Shown: positions 1 through 10,779 of the stretch, piece after piece | How positions within the stretch are numbered: the stretch's first letter is position 1 | How the letters are laid out: each line of letters opens with the position of its first letter | Assembly (NCBI GenBank): GCA_030324005.1 | Contig: JARDVH010000073.1 | Location: 50,407,144 to 50,471,049 of the forward strand | Direction: 5' to 3' | Length of the DNA: 63,906 nucleotides | DNA from: Negaprion brevirostris | Taxonomy: Eukaryota | The notes under the pieces: generated by a model | What the model saw: the letters and a program-made list of their open reading frames with translations, nothing else | Databases searched by the model: none | What the model was told of the DNA's origin: nothing | Translations under genes and position numbers: made by a program

Positions 1-132
1 CCAGATATTTGTTTTCATTAAATTCAAATTCCACCACCTGCCGTACTGGGATTCAAATCTGGGTCACCAAAAACATTAGATGAGTTTCTGGATTAATTGT
101 CTAGCAATAATACCACTGGGCCATTGCCTCCC
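1..132 (-). mobile_element. tRNA-derived SINE, 5' head (same family as 17925-18280 and 32885-33196)
   Basis: Shares 'aattcaaattccacca..ctgccg..gggattcaaa..ctggatta..gtctagc..taccact..cc' with the two longer copies; tRNA-like head on the minus strand. Confidence 0.7.
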
Positions 133-372
133 TGAAAGTGGACCAACAATCTACGAATGGAAGTGGAATTAAACTAGCCCAGGCCTGATTCCTGTAGCGA
201 GTCATATTTGAATTCACCTCATCGCTCACCTGGAATTAAAATGGTAAACATTATTCCTTTTCATTTTCAGTGCAGCTCATTCCCCCAATTTTAGCCCTTT
301 TGTCCCGAAAATAACTGCCAATCTGGGAGTTTGTTTATTAATATTCCCAATTCCTTCTCCTTCTTTCAAAAC

Positions 373-612
373 TCATTGTAAATACACCAGAGAATATTGC
401 TGAGTATCTCTTATCTTTATACGTGCCAACCATCTGTGTTCGGGTATCAGTCTGTGTCTCTGTTTGAAGATGGATATCAGCACAGATGGGACTCCGGCTG
501 CCAGTGTTGCTCCTATTCGAATTCTGATGCTGTCAAGTGATCCTGCTTGCTGGGTATTGAGAGGAGAAATCCTCGGGAGATCAAAAATTTCTCCCCCCAA
601 TGCAAAAATTAC
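373..612 (-). CDS. Speculative terminal exon of a small signal-peptide/TM protein (VIFALGGE...YSLVYLQ*)
   Basis: cag|GTA acceptor at 613-614 (weak pyrimidine tract), 79 open codons to TGA at 373, AATAAA (tttatt on +) at 334-339; hydrophobic IGATLAAGVPSVLISIF followed by KQRHR. No homologue recognised. Confidence 0.2.
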   Translation of the reverse strand, partial: VIFALGGEIFDLPRISPLNTQQAGSLDSIRIRIGATLAAGVPSVLISIFKQRHRLIPEHRWLARIKIRDTQQYSLVYLQ

Positions 613-799
613 CTGCAGTTACGAGTGTTTGATAGGACCAATGCTGGAATTGGAGAGTCAAGGGGGAGAAGCAGGAAGCAGCAGTTGTGGATGTGATGAG
701 ACAACACTGAGAATTTGACTGGGTGGAGGGGGAGCGGCACTTTGGAAGAGGGGCAAAAGACTAACAGTGGCACTTTGAGGCTAATCGGAGGAGGATGTA

Positions 800-1037
800 A
801 AAGATACCACTGATTTATTCAAAACAGAGCAAGAAACGTACCCCCAGTGTCCTGACCAACACAAATCCCTCACGGGACTTCACTAAAACTGCAGAGGTTT
901 GCTGTGCAGAAGTTGGTTATCATAATTCCAACATTTCAAAAAGAACTTCACTTCAAAATAACTTCGTTAGTTGTGGAGGGATTTGGAGGTCTGCAGACCG
1001 TGGAAAGGACAATCCAAATAGGGGATTTTCTTTCTTT
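800..1037 (+). mobile_element. Deu-domain SINE (SacSINE1/AmnSINE1-like), degraded
   Basis: 'cagtgtcctgaccaac..atccctc..cactaaaa..ttgctgtgca..cacttcaaaa..gtggaaagg..ttctttctt' matches the core and tail seen in >10 copies in this window. Confidence 0.65.
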
Positions 1038-1137
1038 AATGAGTTAGCACAGAGATGTTTGGGCAGCCTAGCTTGGAGTCGGTATGTCTCTTCTTCAGAG
1101 CTCTTGAAATATTAACTCTGTTTCTCTCTCAATTGAA

Positions 1138-1395
1138 GAATCACAGAATTATAGAATCCCTACAGTGCAGGAGGCCATTTGGCCCATAAAGTCTGCAGTG
1201 ACCACAATCCCACGCAGACCCTATTCCCATAACCCATCATATTTACCCTGCTAATCCCCTCACACTAGGGTTAATTTAGCATGGCCAATCAACCTAACCC
1301 ACACATCTTTGGAGTATGTGAGGAAACTGAAGCACCTGGAGGAAACCTACGCAGACATGGGGAGAATGTGCAAACTCCACACAGACAATGACCCG
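1138..1395 (-). mobile_element. HE1-like V-SINE (runs into gap)
   Basis: Reverse complement has the V-domain 'tgtggagtttgcacattctccccatgtctgcg..gtttcctcc..aagatgtg..ggttagg..gattggccatgctaaatt' and CR1-type tail 'gcactgtagggattct'. Confidence 0.9.
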
Positions 1396-1496
1396 NNNNN
1401 NNNNNNNNNNNNNNNNNNNNNNNNNNNNNNNNNNNNNNNNNNNNNNNNNNNNNNNNNNNNNNNNNNNNNNNNNNNNNNNNNNNNNNNNNNNNNNNA

Positions 1497-1935
1497 AGAT
1501 ACCATGTTTCGGAAATAGCAAGAACTTCGTAGTGGAGTTCGGAGCGGATTGAAGAGAAAGTGTGAGAACAGTACTTTAGGTGGAACATTAACTGATAGTT
1601 GACAGGGTAGTGGAAGAAAGAGACAGCTTGAACTGGATGAGGGGGGGTGGAGTGCAGTAGGCAAAGAATGCCAGATTGGTTTAGGGAGGAGGAGGAAGAA
1701 GCTTGTGGGTACTAAAGAGGAGGTTGAGTAGAGATGGAGATCCCGCTTCAGCCAAGAGACTCCTGAGACATGGAGGAGAATCTTGCTGATGGCTGAGGGA
1801 CGGGGGTTGGACGATGGGCAATTGAATGATGAGGGATTTGGTATGAGGAGTTGGATGATGGGAGAGGGTGTTGCAGGTTACTGGGGTTGAAGTCCTACTG
1901 TGAGCTGGGTAATAAAAGGTCAGTGTCAAGGACCA
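1497..1935 (-). mobile_element. Degraded L2/CR1-group LINE fragment near the endonuclease start
   Basis: Minus frame reads ...EVLAISETWYL, resembling the APE motif '(I/L)A(I/L)xETW'. Confidence 0.35.
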
Positions 1936-2654
1936 CGACAGAAACTCCAGATATTTTATGAAATTAGCCTAGACCCTAACATTTGCATTTGATTTTGGAA
2001 TTAGTGTGAGCATAAAGGTGGTTCACTCCAGATATGATTCATTTGATCCACTAAGAAGCTTTTACCAAAACAAACTTTAAGAACACAGTTAGATTATAAC
2101 GAAGAATTAGCACAATTTTTACCAATTAAAATACTGAAACTTGGCAAAGTATAATTCTCAACAGTTAGCTATCCCTACTATTGCTAACTAGCAGTGTTCC
2201 CCACAGACATGAATCCCTTCTTCAGAACCAGTTAACATAAAAACGAAAAATGCTTACGTGGGTGCTTGATTTCCAGTCTTTTGACACATCTGGACAGTGA
2301 TCCAGACAGATACTTGCCATCTCATTCTCATACAGCAATTTCTCGAAGCACCATTCCCAAACAATAGAATCTCATTACTGCTTGGCAGATTCCAGTCTCC
2401 ACACAGACAGAGCAAGTGATAAAGAAAACAACCTCTCTCTAAGAGTCCAAAAAGCAGACTGCCTCAAGTTCTCTGTGAAAGCCTAGCTGTACCTAGCCAT
2501 ATGACCTTACCTGTCAATTAACCTAATCAAGCCTTATTCTGAAATATTCTGGAGAAAACACAAAACAATAGACCACTGCATTAGTTCAGATTAAAAAGAA
2601 CATTGCAGCCGCAAAGATTAACAATGATGCTGCAAAAATAATAGTGCCATGGAT

Positions 2655-2750
2655 CAAAGAACAAAGAACAACTCAGCACGGGAAACAGGCCCTTCGGCCC
2701 AACGAGCCCACGCCGCCGCATCCTCCTACACCTACCCTGCCCTGTGTGTA
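2655..2750 (-). mobile_element. CR1-type LINE 3' end
   Basis: 'gggctcgttgggccgaagggcctgtttcccgtgctg' stem-loop followed by a (gttcttt)n tail on the minus strand. Confidence 0.75.
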
Positions 2751-2850
2751 NNNNNNNNNNNNNNNNNNNNNNNNNNNNNNNNNNNNNNNNNNNNNNNNNN
2801 NNNNNNNNNNNNNNNNNNNNNNNNNNNNNNNNNNNNNNNNNNNNNNNNNN

Positions 2851-3423
2851 TATGTTCCTCCCCATAGCCCCTGCCATGTCCCAACCTCCCTTGGGTTTGT
2901 ATGTGCCGAAAACGCAATCCGGGAAAGTTGGAAACGGCAACTCACCTTCTCCAAGCCTGCTCTCGCCTAAGCCCAGCGAGCCAAAGCTCTTATAACTCTC
3001 ACTCAGCTTGCACTCACTCTGCTGCCCGCTCCCGACGCTGCCCACTGTATATCGCTACCTTCTTTTTATACCCACCGCTCTCCCTTCCCGACAATCCCCT
3101 CGCCTAACTTCCGGTACGGAAGTGAAATACACACACAGAAACCCCGCAAACCGGAAGTGCAGACAGAAAGTGATTCCAAGTAAATCCAGTACTCACCAAA
3201 GCCACCAGGTACACTGCTCCGGAGAAAAATGAGGTGGATCCACGGGTGAGTATCAGATTTATACCCCCCGCTCCCCCTTCCCGACTATCCCCTCGCCTAA
3301 CTTCCGGTACGGAAGTAAAATACACACACAGAAACCCCGCGAACCGGGAGTGCAGTCAGAAAGTGATTCCAAGTAAATCCAACACTCACCAAAGCCACCA
3401 GGTACACTGCTCCGGACAAAATA
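2851..3423 (-). mobile_element. Probable LINE 5' UTR/internal promoter with two ~193-bp tandem monomers
   Basis: GC/CpG-rich; near-identical units start at 3065 and 3258; TATAAA and CCGGAAGT motifs; same orientation as the CR1 3' end across a 100-N gap. Confidence 0.55.
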
Positions 3424-3691
3424 TGTCAGATAAAATAGAAGGGACGAGTAAACACATTCAATATAGAAACATGACTAAAATACATTTCTTAAAGGCACAG
3501 TACTGTCACATCAAGGACGGACTGCAGAATATTTTGGGAAGTTTGGCTGACTGTTTAAAAACACAAATTTTGTTCTGTTTTTCCTGCAGGCATTATCTCA
3601 AATGTTTAGCATAGTTAATCAGAAAGCATCGCTAATATAAAAATTCTCAGGTATCATCAATTAGGCCAAGCTGGAGCAAGGTAATATTTAC

Positions 3692-3753
3692 CTTCGGATT
3701 GATGGTTCCCTGAATGATATGACCATTAGAATTGGGTCTGTTTTCCCAGTTTA
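3692..3753 (-). CDS. Speculative internal exon (62 nt, phase 1 to 0; INWENRPNSNGHIIQGTINPK)
   Basis: ttttttctaatag acceptor (supplied by the adjacent SINE tail), AAG|gtaaat donor, phase compatible with flanking candidate exons. Confidence 0.2.
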
Positions 3754-3761
3754 CTATTAGA

Positions 3762-4070
3762 AAAAACTTGCATTTACATAGCACCTTTTGAAACCAGAGG
3801 ACATTGCAAATTACTTTAGATAATTGCATACTTTTGAAATGTTGTAGGAAATGCACACCAAATATGCACACACTGCAAGGTGATAATACATTTCATTTTT
3901 TAATAGGATGTTAGATGTGGGATAAATAATGGCCAAAACATCAAGGATAAATTGCATACTCTTCCCTGAATACTGCTACAGATCTTTTATATGCAGCTGA
4001 ATTGACAAGGCCTTTGTTGTTATTGGAAAGATGGCATCTCCAGCAATGCACCACTCGGTCAGTATTGCAA
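3762..4070 (-). mobile_element. Deu-domain SINE
   Basis: Tail 'aaacttgcatttacatagcacctttt', core 'gggataaataatggcca', head 'gaaagatggcatctcc..gca..actc..tcagtattgca'. Confidence 0.75.
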
Positions 4071-4447
4071 GATCAGAGTCTAGAGACATGGGGAGGGGGA
4101 TGCATGGTGTACATGTCATTGGCTAAGCCAGCATTTATTGCTCATCCCTAATTGCATCGAGAAGGTAATTGAGCTGCCGTCTTGAATGACTGCAGCCCCT
4201 GTGGTGTTGTTAAAGCCGCAGTGCTGTAGTTAAAACCGCAGTGCTGTTAGCAAGGCAGTTCTAAGCAACAGTGAAGGAATGGTGATATAGTTCCAAGTCA
4301 GGATGGTGTTTGGATTGGAGGGGAACTTGCAGGCAGTAGTGTTTCCAAGTATCCGCTGTTCTTGTCCTTCGAGCTGGTAGTGTTTGCAGGTTTGGAATGT
4401 GCTGTTGAAGCAGCCTCACTCACTGAGTTGCTGCATTCCGGCTACCT

Positions 4448-4625
4448 AGAATCATAGAATCCACAGTGCAGAAGGAGGCCATTCGGCCCATCAAGTCTGC
4501 ACCGACCACAATCCCACCCAGGCCCTACCCTCAAAAACCCATGAATTTACCCTAGTTAGTCTCCCTGACACTAACAGGAGCAATTTAGCCTGACCAATCC
4601 ACCTAACGCATGCATCTTTGGACTA
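4448..4625 (-). mobile_element. HE1-like V-SINE, 3' half, inserted in LINE
   Basis: 'agaatcatagaatcc..cagtgcagaaggaggccattcggcccatc..accacaatcccacccaggccct..gcaatttagc..ccacctaac..catctttggact'. Confidence 0.85.
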
Positions 4626-4890
4626 TGCTAAACTCTGCTAAACATTTAAGAGATTATGCCTGGAGAAAAACCAGAAGGAAGGTTGAGTGTGCATCATGTN
4701 NNNNNNNNNNNNNNNNNNNNNNNNNNNNNNNNNNNNNNNNNNNNNNNATCACTCTCCTGACATGTACCTTGTAGATATTGGACAGGCTTTGTTTGGGAGT
4801 CAGGAGGGAGAACCTGCAGATGCTGACTTGCACTTATTGCTACTGTATTTATGTGGCTGGACCAGTTCAGCCTCTGGTCAATGGCAGCCT

Positions 4891-4998
4891 CAGTAAAAAG
4901 TCTGACAACACCAGGTTTCAGTTGTCAGACTCACCAGGTTTCTGTTGTCAGACTTTTTACTGTGTTTACCCCAGTCCAACGCCGGCATATCCACGTCA
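4891..4998. mobile_element. Short palindromic Penelope-like/MITE-like insertion
   Basis: 'cagtaaaaagtctgacaac' ... 'gttgtcagactttttactg' inverted repeat plus 'ccccagtccaacgccggcat.tccac', shared with 34434 and 40822. Confidence 0.65.
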
Positions 4999-6049
4999 AT
5001 GGTAGCCTGCCAGAATACTGATAATAGGGGACTCAGCAGTGATAATGCCATTGGATGCATTTTAGATTGTCTTTTGTCAGGGATGGTCATTGCCTGGCAC
5101 TTGTGTGATGTGAATGTTACTTGCCCCTTATCAGACCAAGCTTGAATATTGTCCAAGACTTGCTGCACATGGACATAGACTGCTTCTGAGAGACATGAAA
5201 CCATAGCTTTCTGACAGTGCTACCATGAGCCAAGACTAACACTACTTTTGGCAAAGTAAATACATGTGGTTACGAACAGGAATTGAATTTGCATAAATAA
5301 AAGCCATGAACAAAAAGCAGTGCACTTTAAACATTAACTGGGCTAGGTGGCTAGAATATGAAATGATCTGAATATTGCTGCCTCTAGGACTTCAGGCCAG
5401 AGATGAAAACCTCTTCTGTTTTCTTTTGAAAAAAGGAGGCTTCTTTATGAAAAGATTTTGGCTCATGTCAATCCAGATTTTTGGGAACTTGGCAACTTCA
5501 CTCAAGTCACAGGATGATTCATGTTGTTAAATTGAAAAAGGTTGACCCAAAGCAGAAGGGGATGTGTTTTTGCAATGTCACTGAGCCATCTCACTGAGTC
5601 AGAGCTGAGGGTGCTTTATCCTGCAGCTAAACTAGTGCTGGGAGCGTTTCATGTTGTTTTGCATTGTCCAGAATAAAATGAACTATCGAACCAGGAAGTG
5701 ACACTGAAAGGAAGAAAGAGTTTCTTTGTACTGCACCTCATCACATTTTTAACACATTTCACAGTGGATGGAGAGTCCTATCAGCTCCATCACTTATCAC
5801 CAGCCAATTTAGAGCACCCAAAATCCATACATAAATTTAGGATAAGGGTTTGCATTGGGCTGAGATTGATGGCAGTTTTATCTTCTAATTGAGCAGCTGA
5901 TAGGAGATACGTTTCCAATACATAACCAACCCCACACTCGGGGAACTGAAAGCATTATAAACCTGCACAAATCCCCACTTTCTACTGCACTCTTGGAGTA
6001 AGGGATTGATTATGGAGAGATAAATACAAGGAAAAAACTCTCTCCTCCA

Positions 6050-6170
6050 CACTCCCCACATTATTACAGTCACTACACCACATACAAAAAAAGTATTTCA
6101 TTGGTTGCAAATGCTTTGGTATGTTCTGAGTTGGTGAAAGGCACTATAGAAGTGTAAAGCCTTATTCTCT
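6050..6170 (+). mobile_element. Deu-domain SINE 3' fragment
   Basis: 'cagtcactacac..aagtatttcattggttgcaaatgctttgg..ctgag..gtgaaaggcactatagaa'. Confidence 0.7.
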
Positions 6171-7717
6171 TTTTGTTTGCACTACATCATAGTTGCATTC
6201 CTCAGCAACTGATGAATACACAGTGAAAACAGGGAGCAATTTGTAGATCTCTCTTCCGCTCCTCCATCAAAAAAAAGCTCACAGGACAACACAGAACTGC
6301 TGTAGGTGAAGCATCACCTCAGGTTATCAACTGAGAGAGGCTGAAACCACTAGGCAGTCCAGGGGTTGCAGTTTCAAACTATAATGGCATCATATTTCTC
6401 AGCGTAATGGAATTAATTTATTTTCGCTCTCACATGAAATGTATTGCGCTTCTGCAGTACTTCAGGTGAGTAGAAATCACTTTGCTCCCCTATGTGGATA
6501 TTGCAATGAGTTAATGAGGTGCGACTGTCCACAAAGCTAATGATCCCTTTCGTGGTGACCAGCTTATTTTACCTTCTGTTCATAGCAACAAATAATGACT
6601 TCCCAACAGTTGAGGATTGACTTACTTCATGAGCCTTCAAATGTATTTATCAACAGAATATTTTTCTCTGCCCATATATCTTTGAAAATAATTTCCATAT
6701 TGGTAGGTGCAAGTGATTAAAGTGAACCCAGTATGAAAACAGTGAAAGCCCAGTCCTTCAACCCAATGTTCTGTCAGCATTGACTAGAAACATGCATACC
6801 ATACTATATATTGTGTAAGTGTGGAATGTTCCCATGCACAAAAATAATTTGGTCCCCAACTCATGCCATTGCAGCACTTTTCAATACCATTTTTTGCAAT
6901 AATTGAATTGAAAAGAAAAAGCAGGTCGCACCTTTCAACGAGAGTAAATCTCACCGACCTCAGGTATGCTCAAAATTATACAATACTTCTTTATTTTCAG
7001 CATTCTTTGTTGGATTTAACAAAGAATTGCTTTTGCAGTAGATATTTCAAGTGACGTGCAATAGAGGAATGATTGATTTGATTCTCCAACCTTGCCTTGC
7101 TCTGCCACAACAGATCCAATTCATTTGCTCACTTCTCTACTTCCACCATTTATAAATAACTAGTCAACTGGAACTCTGAAATTCATGCCCACACTCACAC
7201 TAAAGCCCACATCCCCTTCATCACAGTCTATGCCAACCTCCACCATTTTCCCATGTCTGAAAGACTTCTTGTCCTGAGCCCTTACTACCATGATCTCCCT
7301 CAGTCACTGCAATGCCAACTGAGATTTGAACATGTGGAGGTGAATTTTAAAAATTGAGTTGTTGGTGGAACAACATAGATCTGAGAGAATAGGGTTGATG
7401 GGCAAATGAGACAGCTGTAGTGGCAATAATTCAGTTTGAACATGAGGGTAGTGAATGTCCATGAACTTATCCCCTTGTTTATATGATAAATGCTGTTTAC
7501 CCCCAGTGACAGAATCGGAATCCTGGAAATATGAATACTTGTTAAGCTGTGGGATGGATTTCGGTGTCCTATCATTGACTAAATCTTGCTTGGAACAGGA
7601 TTGAAATTCTCCATTTGCTGGAACTAATAGGGATAACATGGGGTGCTATCTGAATGTAGCACTCAGCAGTGCAGATATGGTACCAATACAACAAAGTGAT
7701 AATAAACAGCTACTTAC

Positions 7718-7772
7718 TCTGAGAGACCAGAGATACAACTGGTAACAGCAAGCAATAGAGAAATGTTCTTAC
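7718..7772 (-). other. 55-nt exon-like unit with strong splice signals (signal-peptide exon or recursive-splicing exon)
   Basis: tgttttttttcaccttttcag|GTAAGAAC...TCTCAGA|gtaagta; phase-0 translation VRTFLYCLLLPVVSLVSQ. Confidence 0.5.
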
Positions 7773-8388
7773 CTGAAAAGGTGAAAAAAAACACATCAAT
7801 ATGAGTTTGCTAAAAGAAAGTGATTTAAAACATTAGCAACGTGAAAACAGAAGAGGCCGTCAATGGACCTTTAACCTCACGCATTAGCTATAGGTGAGGT
7901 GTCTAACTTCAAGTAAAAACAAATTAAAGATGAGCAATCATCAAGCGGTGATTTCAAAATTATATTCATACAGGATAGGTGAGTGAATTTTAACCTCATC
8001 ATCTTTTTCAAACCACATAGTCCAAGAATAATTAAAAATAGTAAGGCAAAAAAGTATTGCTAAAAAGACCTTTTCAGAGCCACAGGTGTGGTTAGTCAAT
8101 GACTTCTGTTGAGTAACACAGAACTGGGAAAATTGATTTTAAATCCAGACAACTCCAAGCAAAAAAACTGAAGGTAGATTTGAATTAGCAGCAGCTGTCA
8201 ATAAGCATTTTAACTCTCTATAAAAGTGAGACTGTTTCCTTTCAATCTACGGTGACAAAGAACTCAGCAACTTCAAACAAAGAGAAAGACTGCACTGTGA
8301 TCAGACTACCTCATGGGCATCTGTTATATTCCTTCAGGTCAGCAGACTGCAGGGAGTAACGGGTGATGGGGAACAGGAGGAAACTTAC

Positions 8389-8397
8389 CAGATTCAT
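8389..8397 (-). CDS. Speculative first coding segment ATG AAT CTG (MNL)
   Basis: ATG at 8397 followed by consensus donor CTG|gtaagt; in frame with the 7718-7772 exon. Confidence 0.3.
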
Positions 8398-8429
8398 TGA
8401 CAATTGGTTCACATTAAACAAAGCTGACA

Positions 8430-9135
8430 AATTGTTCCCATTACATTGAAAAGTCTCACAGCTAGGTTTTGCACAGCAAGATCACACAACCAGCAATCTG
8501 ATAATAACCAAAATAATTTAGCGATGTTGATTGAGCAAAAAACATTGCCTACGACAATGGGCATATCTCCCTGCTGCACTTTGAATAGTGCAATGGGCTC
8601 TTTTACATCCACCCAAGGAGACAGACAAAGCGGCACGGTGGCACAGTGGTTAGCACTGCTGCCTCACAGCACTAGGGACCCGGGTTCAATTCCAGGCATG
8701 GGTCACTGTCTGTGTGGTTTTCCTCCAGTGCTCCGATTTCCTCCCACAGTCCGAAAGACGTGCTGGTAAGGTGCATTGGCCATGCTAAATACTCCCTCAG
8801 TNNNNNNNNNNNNNNNNNNNNNNNNNNNNNNNNNNNNNNNNNNNNNNNNNNNNNNNNNNNNNNNNNNNNNNNNNNNNNNNNNNNNNNNNNNNNNNNNNNN
8901 NCTCAGTGTACCCAAACAGACGCTGGAGTGTGGTGACTAGGGGATTTTCACAGTAACTTCATTGCAGTGTTAATGTAACCCTCCTTGTGACTAACAAATA
9001 AGTAACATCTCATCTGAAAGATGGCACCTCCAGCAGCGCAGCACACCTTCAGTACTGCAGCAGAGTGTGAGTCTCGATCTAACATGCACTTAAATCTCAG
9101 TCAGAGGTGAACAGAGTGCTGCCACTAAGTCAAGA
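8430..9135 (-). mobile_element. Deu-domain SINE split by a V-SINE insertion (pieces ~8430-8630 and ~9002-9135)
   Basis: Core 'ctgctgcactttgaatagtgcaatgggctcttttacatccacc' resumes after the insert as 'catctcatctgaaagatggcacctcc..gcagcac.ccttcagtactgca'. Confidence 0.75.
8630..9001 (+). mobile_element. V-SINE with non-CR1 3' tail
   Basis: tRNA head 'ggcacggtggcacagtggttagcactgctgcctcacagc..ccgggttcaattcc', V-domain, tail 'cagtaacttcattgcagtgttaatgtaa..ttgtgactaacaaataa'. Confidence 0.85.
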
Positions 9136-9864
9136 CTTATATCAGAACTTGTCAGCCCTAGTAATCAAAAGTTCTTCTCCATTCTAACAAGCTAACCACT
9201 CATCATCAAACACATAAAATTGCAGACACTTTATGATGTGAAGAAATGGCTGTCAAAGTTCTTTTATGCCTCTCTATTTACACATTTTCAAAATACTAAA
9301 TAATTATTGAATGAAAGAAATGGAACCAATGCAGCCTGGAAGTCAAATGTAAGGATCTTGCATTCTCAGCTGTAGTACTGCTGAACCTGAGTATGCGAAA
9401 GATCAGAACGAGAGAGGAACAATAGACCGGAACTCGCCTGTTACATAGCTGACTATTCATTATTTATATATCTGACAGACCATAATTTTTTCCACTCTGG
9501 CCCCATTTTCTCCAATTATATCTAATATCTCCTCTACAGCTTCCCAATCTCCAACAAATGGGTGAATCCGGGCAAAGCAAAATTGGAAAAAAAGCCAATT
9601 TCCCCTCTCTCAGGCCGGTCAATCTGTCATGAAGCAAACCTTTCTCCCATCTGTAAGATTCCCTATTACTTGATACATGGTGGGATAAAAAGAATTGATA
9701 TAATCTGATATGTTTTGAGTGGACATCAAGCACACACACACCATGAATAGTTCTGATAGAACCATTACTGAATGCACAGCAGCATGATTCAAGTCTTTGC
9801 TTCTCTCAAAGTCATGCGCACACATCAGCTATAGGACAATATGATAGGATTCCTCACAGACCCA

Positions 9865-10040
9865 TTTTTCCAGCAAACCTCCATAAGCAGCAATGTGATA
9901 ATGATCAGTTTTTAGTGATGTTAGTTCAGAGACAAATATTGGCTAGGACATAGAGGAGAATTCTGAGACTCTTCTTTGAAGCAGAAGCTTTAATTTCAGC
10001 TTCAGAGGGTAGACAAGGCCTCGATTTCAAACCTCATCTG
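9865..10040 (-). mobile_element. Deu-domain SINE fragment
   Basis: 'cagcaatgtgataatgatcagtttttagtgatgttag..aaatattggctaggaca..gagaa..ctcttctttgaa'. Confidence 0.7.
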
Positions 10041-10355
10041 CAGTTACAACTGAGAACAGGAAACTTGAGACAGTTCAGTATAGTCCTTGGACTGTCTGCA
10101 TATTCAAACTGAGGATTACAGCCAAGGTTGTATTTGAGCTGTGACAGGTCTGGTTCAATGGTATCACTCTTTCCTACTGCCACCAGTCTCCAGCTGGGGT
10201 GTTATTATTGGCGAATTCATCCGGAGTTCCCCAGCAGCAAGGAATAAGCAATTGTTCAATGCCACCTAACATTTCTTGGTGGACAAGATTGCATTTGTAA
10301 CAAAAGCGTCCACCAGCCTGCAGTTGCAATATTAAAGCAGCAGACAACACTGCAA

Positions 10356-10590
10356 TAAAAGCAAAATACTGCAGATGATTTAATTTGATTTGATTTGATG
10401 CGGGAATCCGAAACAAAAACAGAAAATGTTGGAAAATTTCAGCCAACTGACAACATCTATGGAGCGAGAATAGAGTTAACATTTTGAGTCTGGGCTCTGA
10501 AGAGTCATCTGTACTTGAAACGTTAGCTCTATCCTTGTTCCACAGATGTTAACAGACCTGCTGAGATTTTCCAGCATTTTCTGTTTTTAT
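10356..10590. mobile_element. Palindromic (fold-back) interspersed repeat, Penelope-associated/MITE-like
   Basis: Arms ~10411-10490 and ~10512-10590 are reverse complements (aaaaacagaaaatgttggaaaatttcagc / gctgagattttccagcattttctgtttt); relatives near 1075, 24570, 35200 and 50195. Confidence 0.75.
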
Positions 10591-10779
10591 TACAACATTA
10601 CCCCGATTTACAATTTGGAGTTGAGAAAGGGAGTCAGAAAGGCACCGAAATTGCTGCTCAACATAATGGAGCAGGCCATTTCAGTATAAAGTGTTACCTT
10701 TTAATAACCTTCTATTAGTTACTTTATTAATATTAAGTTTTTGCTCGTTCCAGTGTGTACAAGGGTTTTATCATTCCAT

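Larger units (their letters stand above)
4110..5190 (-). mobile_element. CR1/L2-group LINE 3' region, interrupted by younger insertions
   Basis: Minus ORF QQVLDNIQAWSDKGQVTFTSHKCQAMTI is a typical post-RT LINE motif; the 3' end 'gccagcatttattgctcatccctaattg' is shared with the SINEs at 17925 and 32885. Confidence 0.8.

Noticed and set aside
2510-2549. Minus-strand exon-like segment with ag/gtaag borders
   Set aside because: Stops in all three frames and does not fit the candidate gene model.
8630-8700. tRNA gene
   Set aside because: tRNA-like A/B boxes are SINE heads continuing into V-domain sequence; the same applies at 15741, 42225 and 49685.
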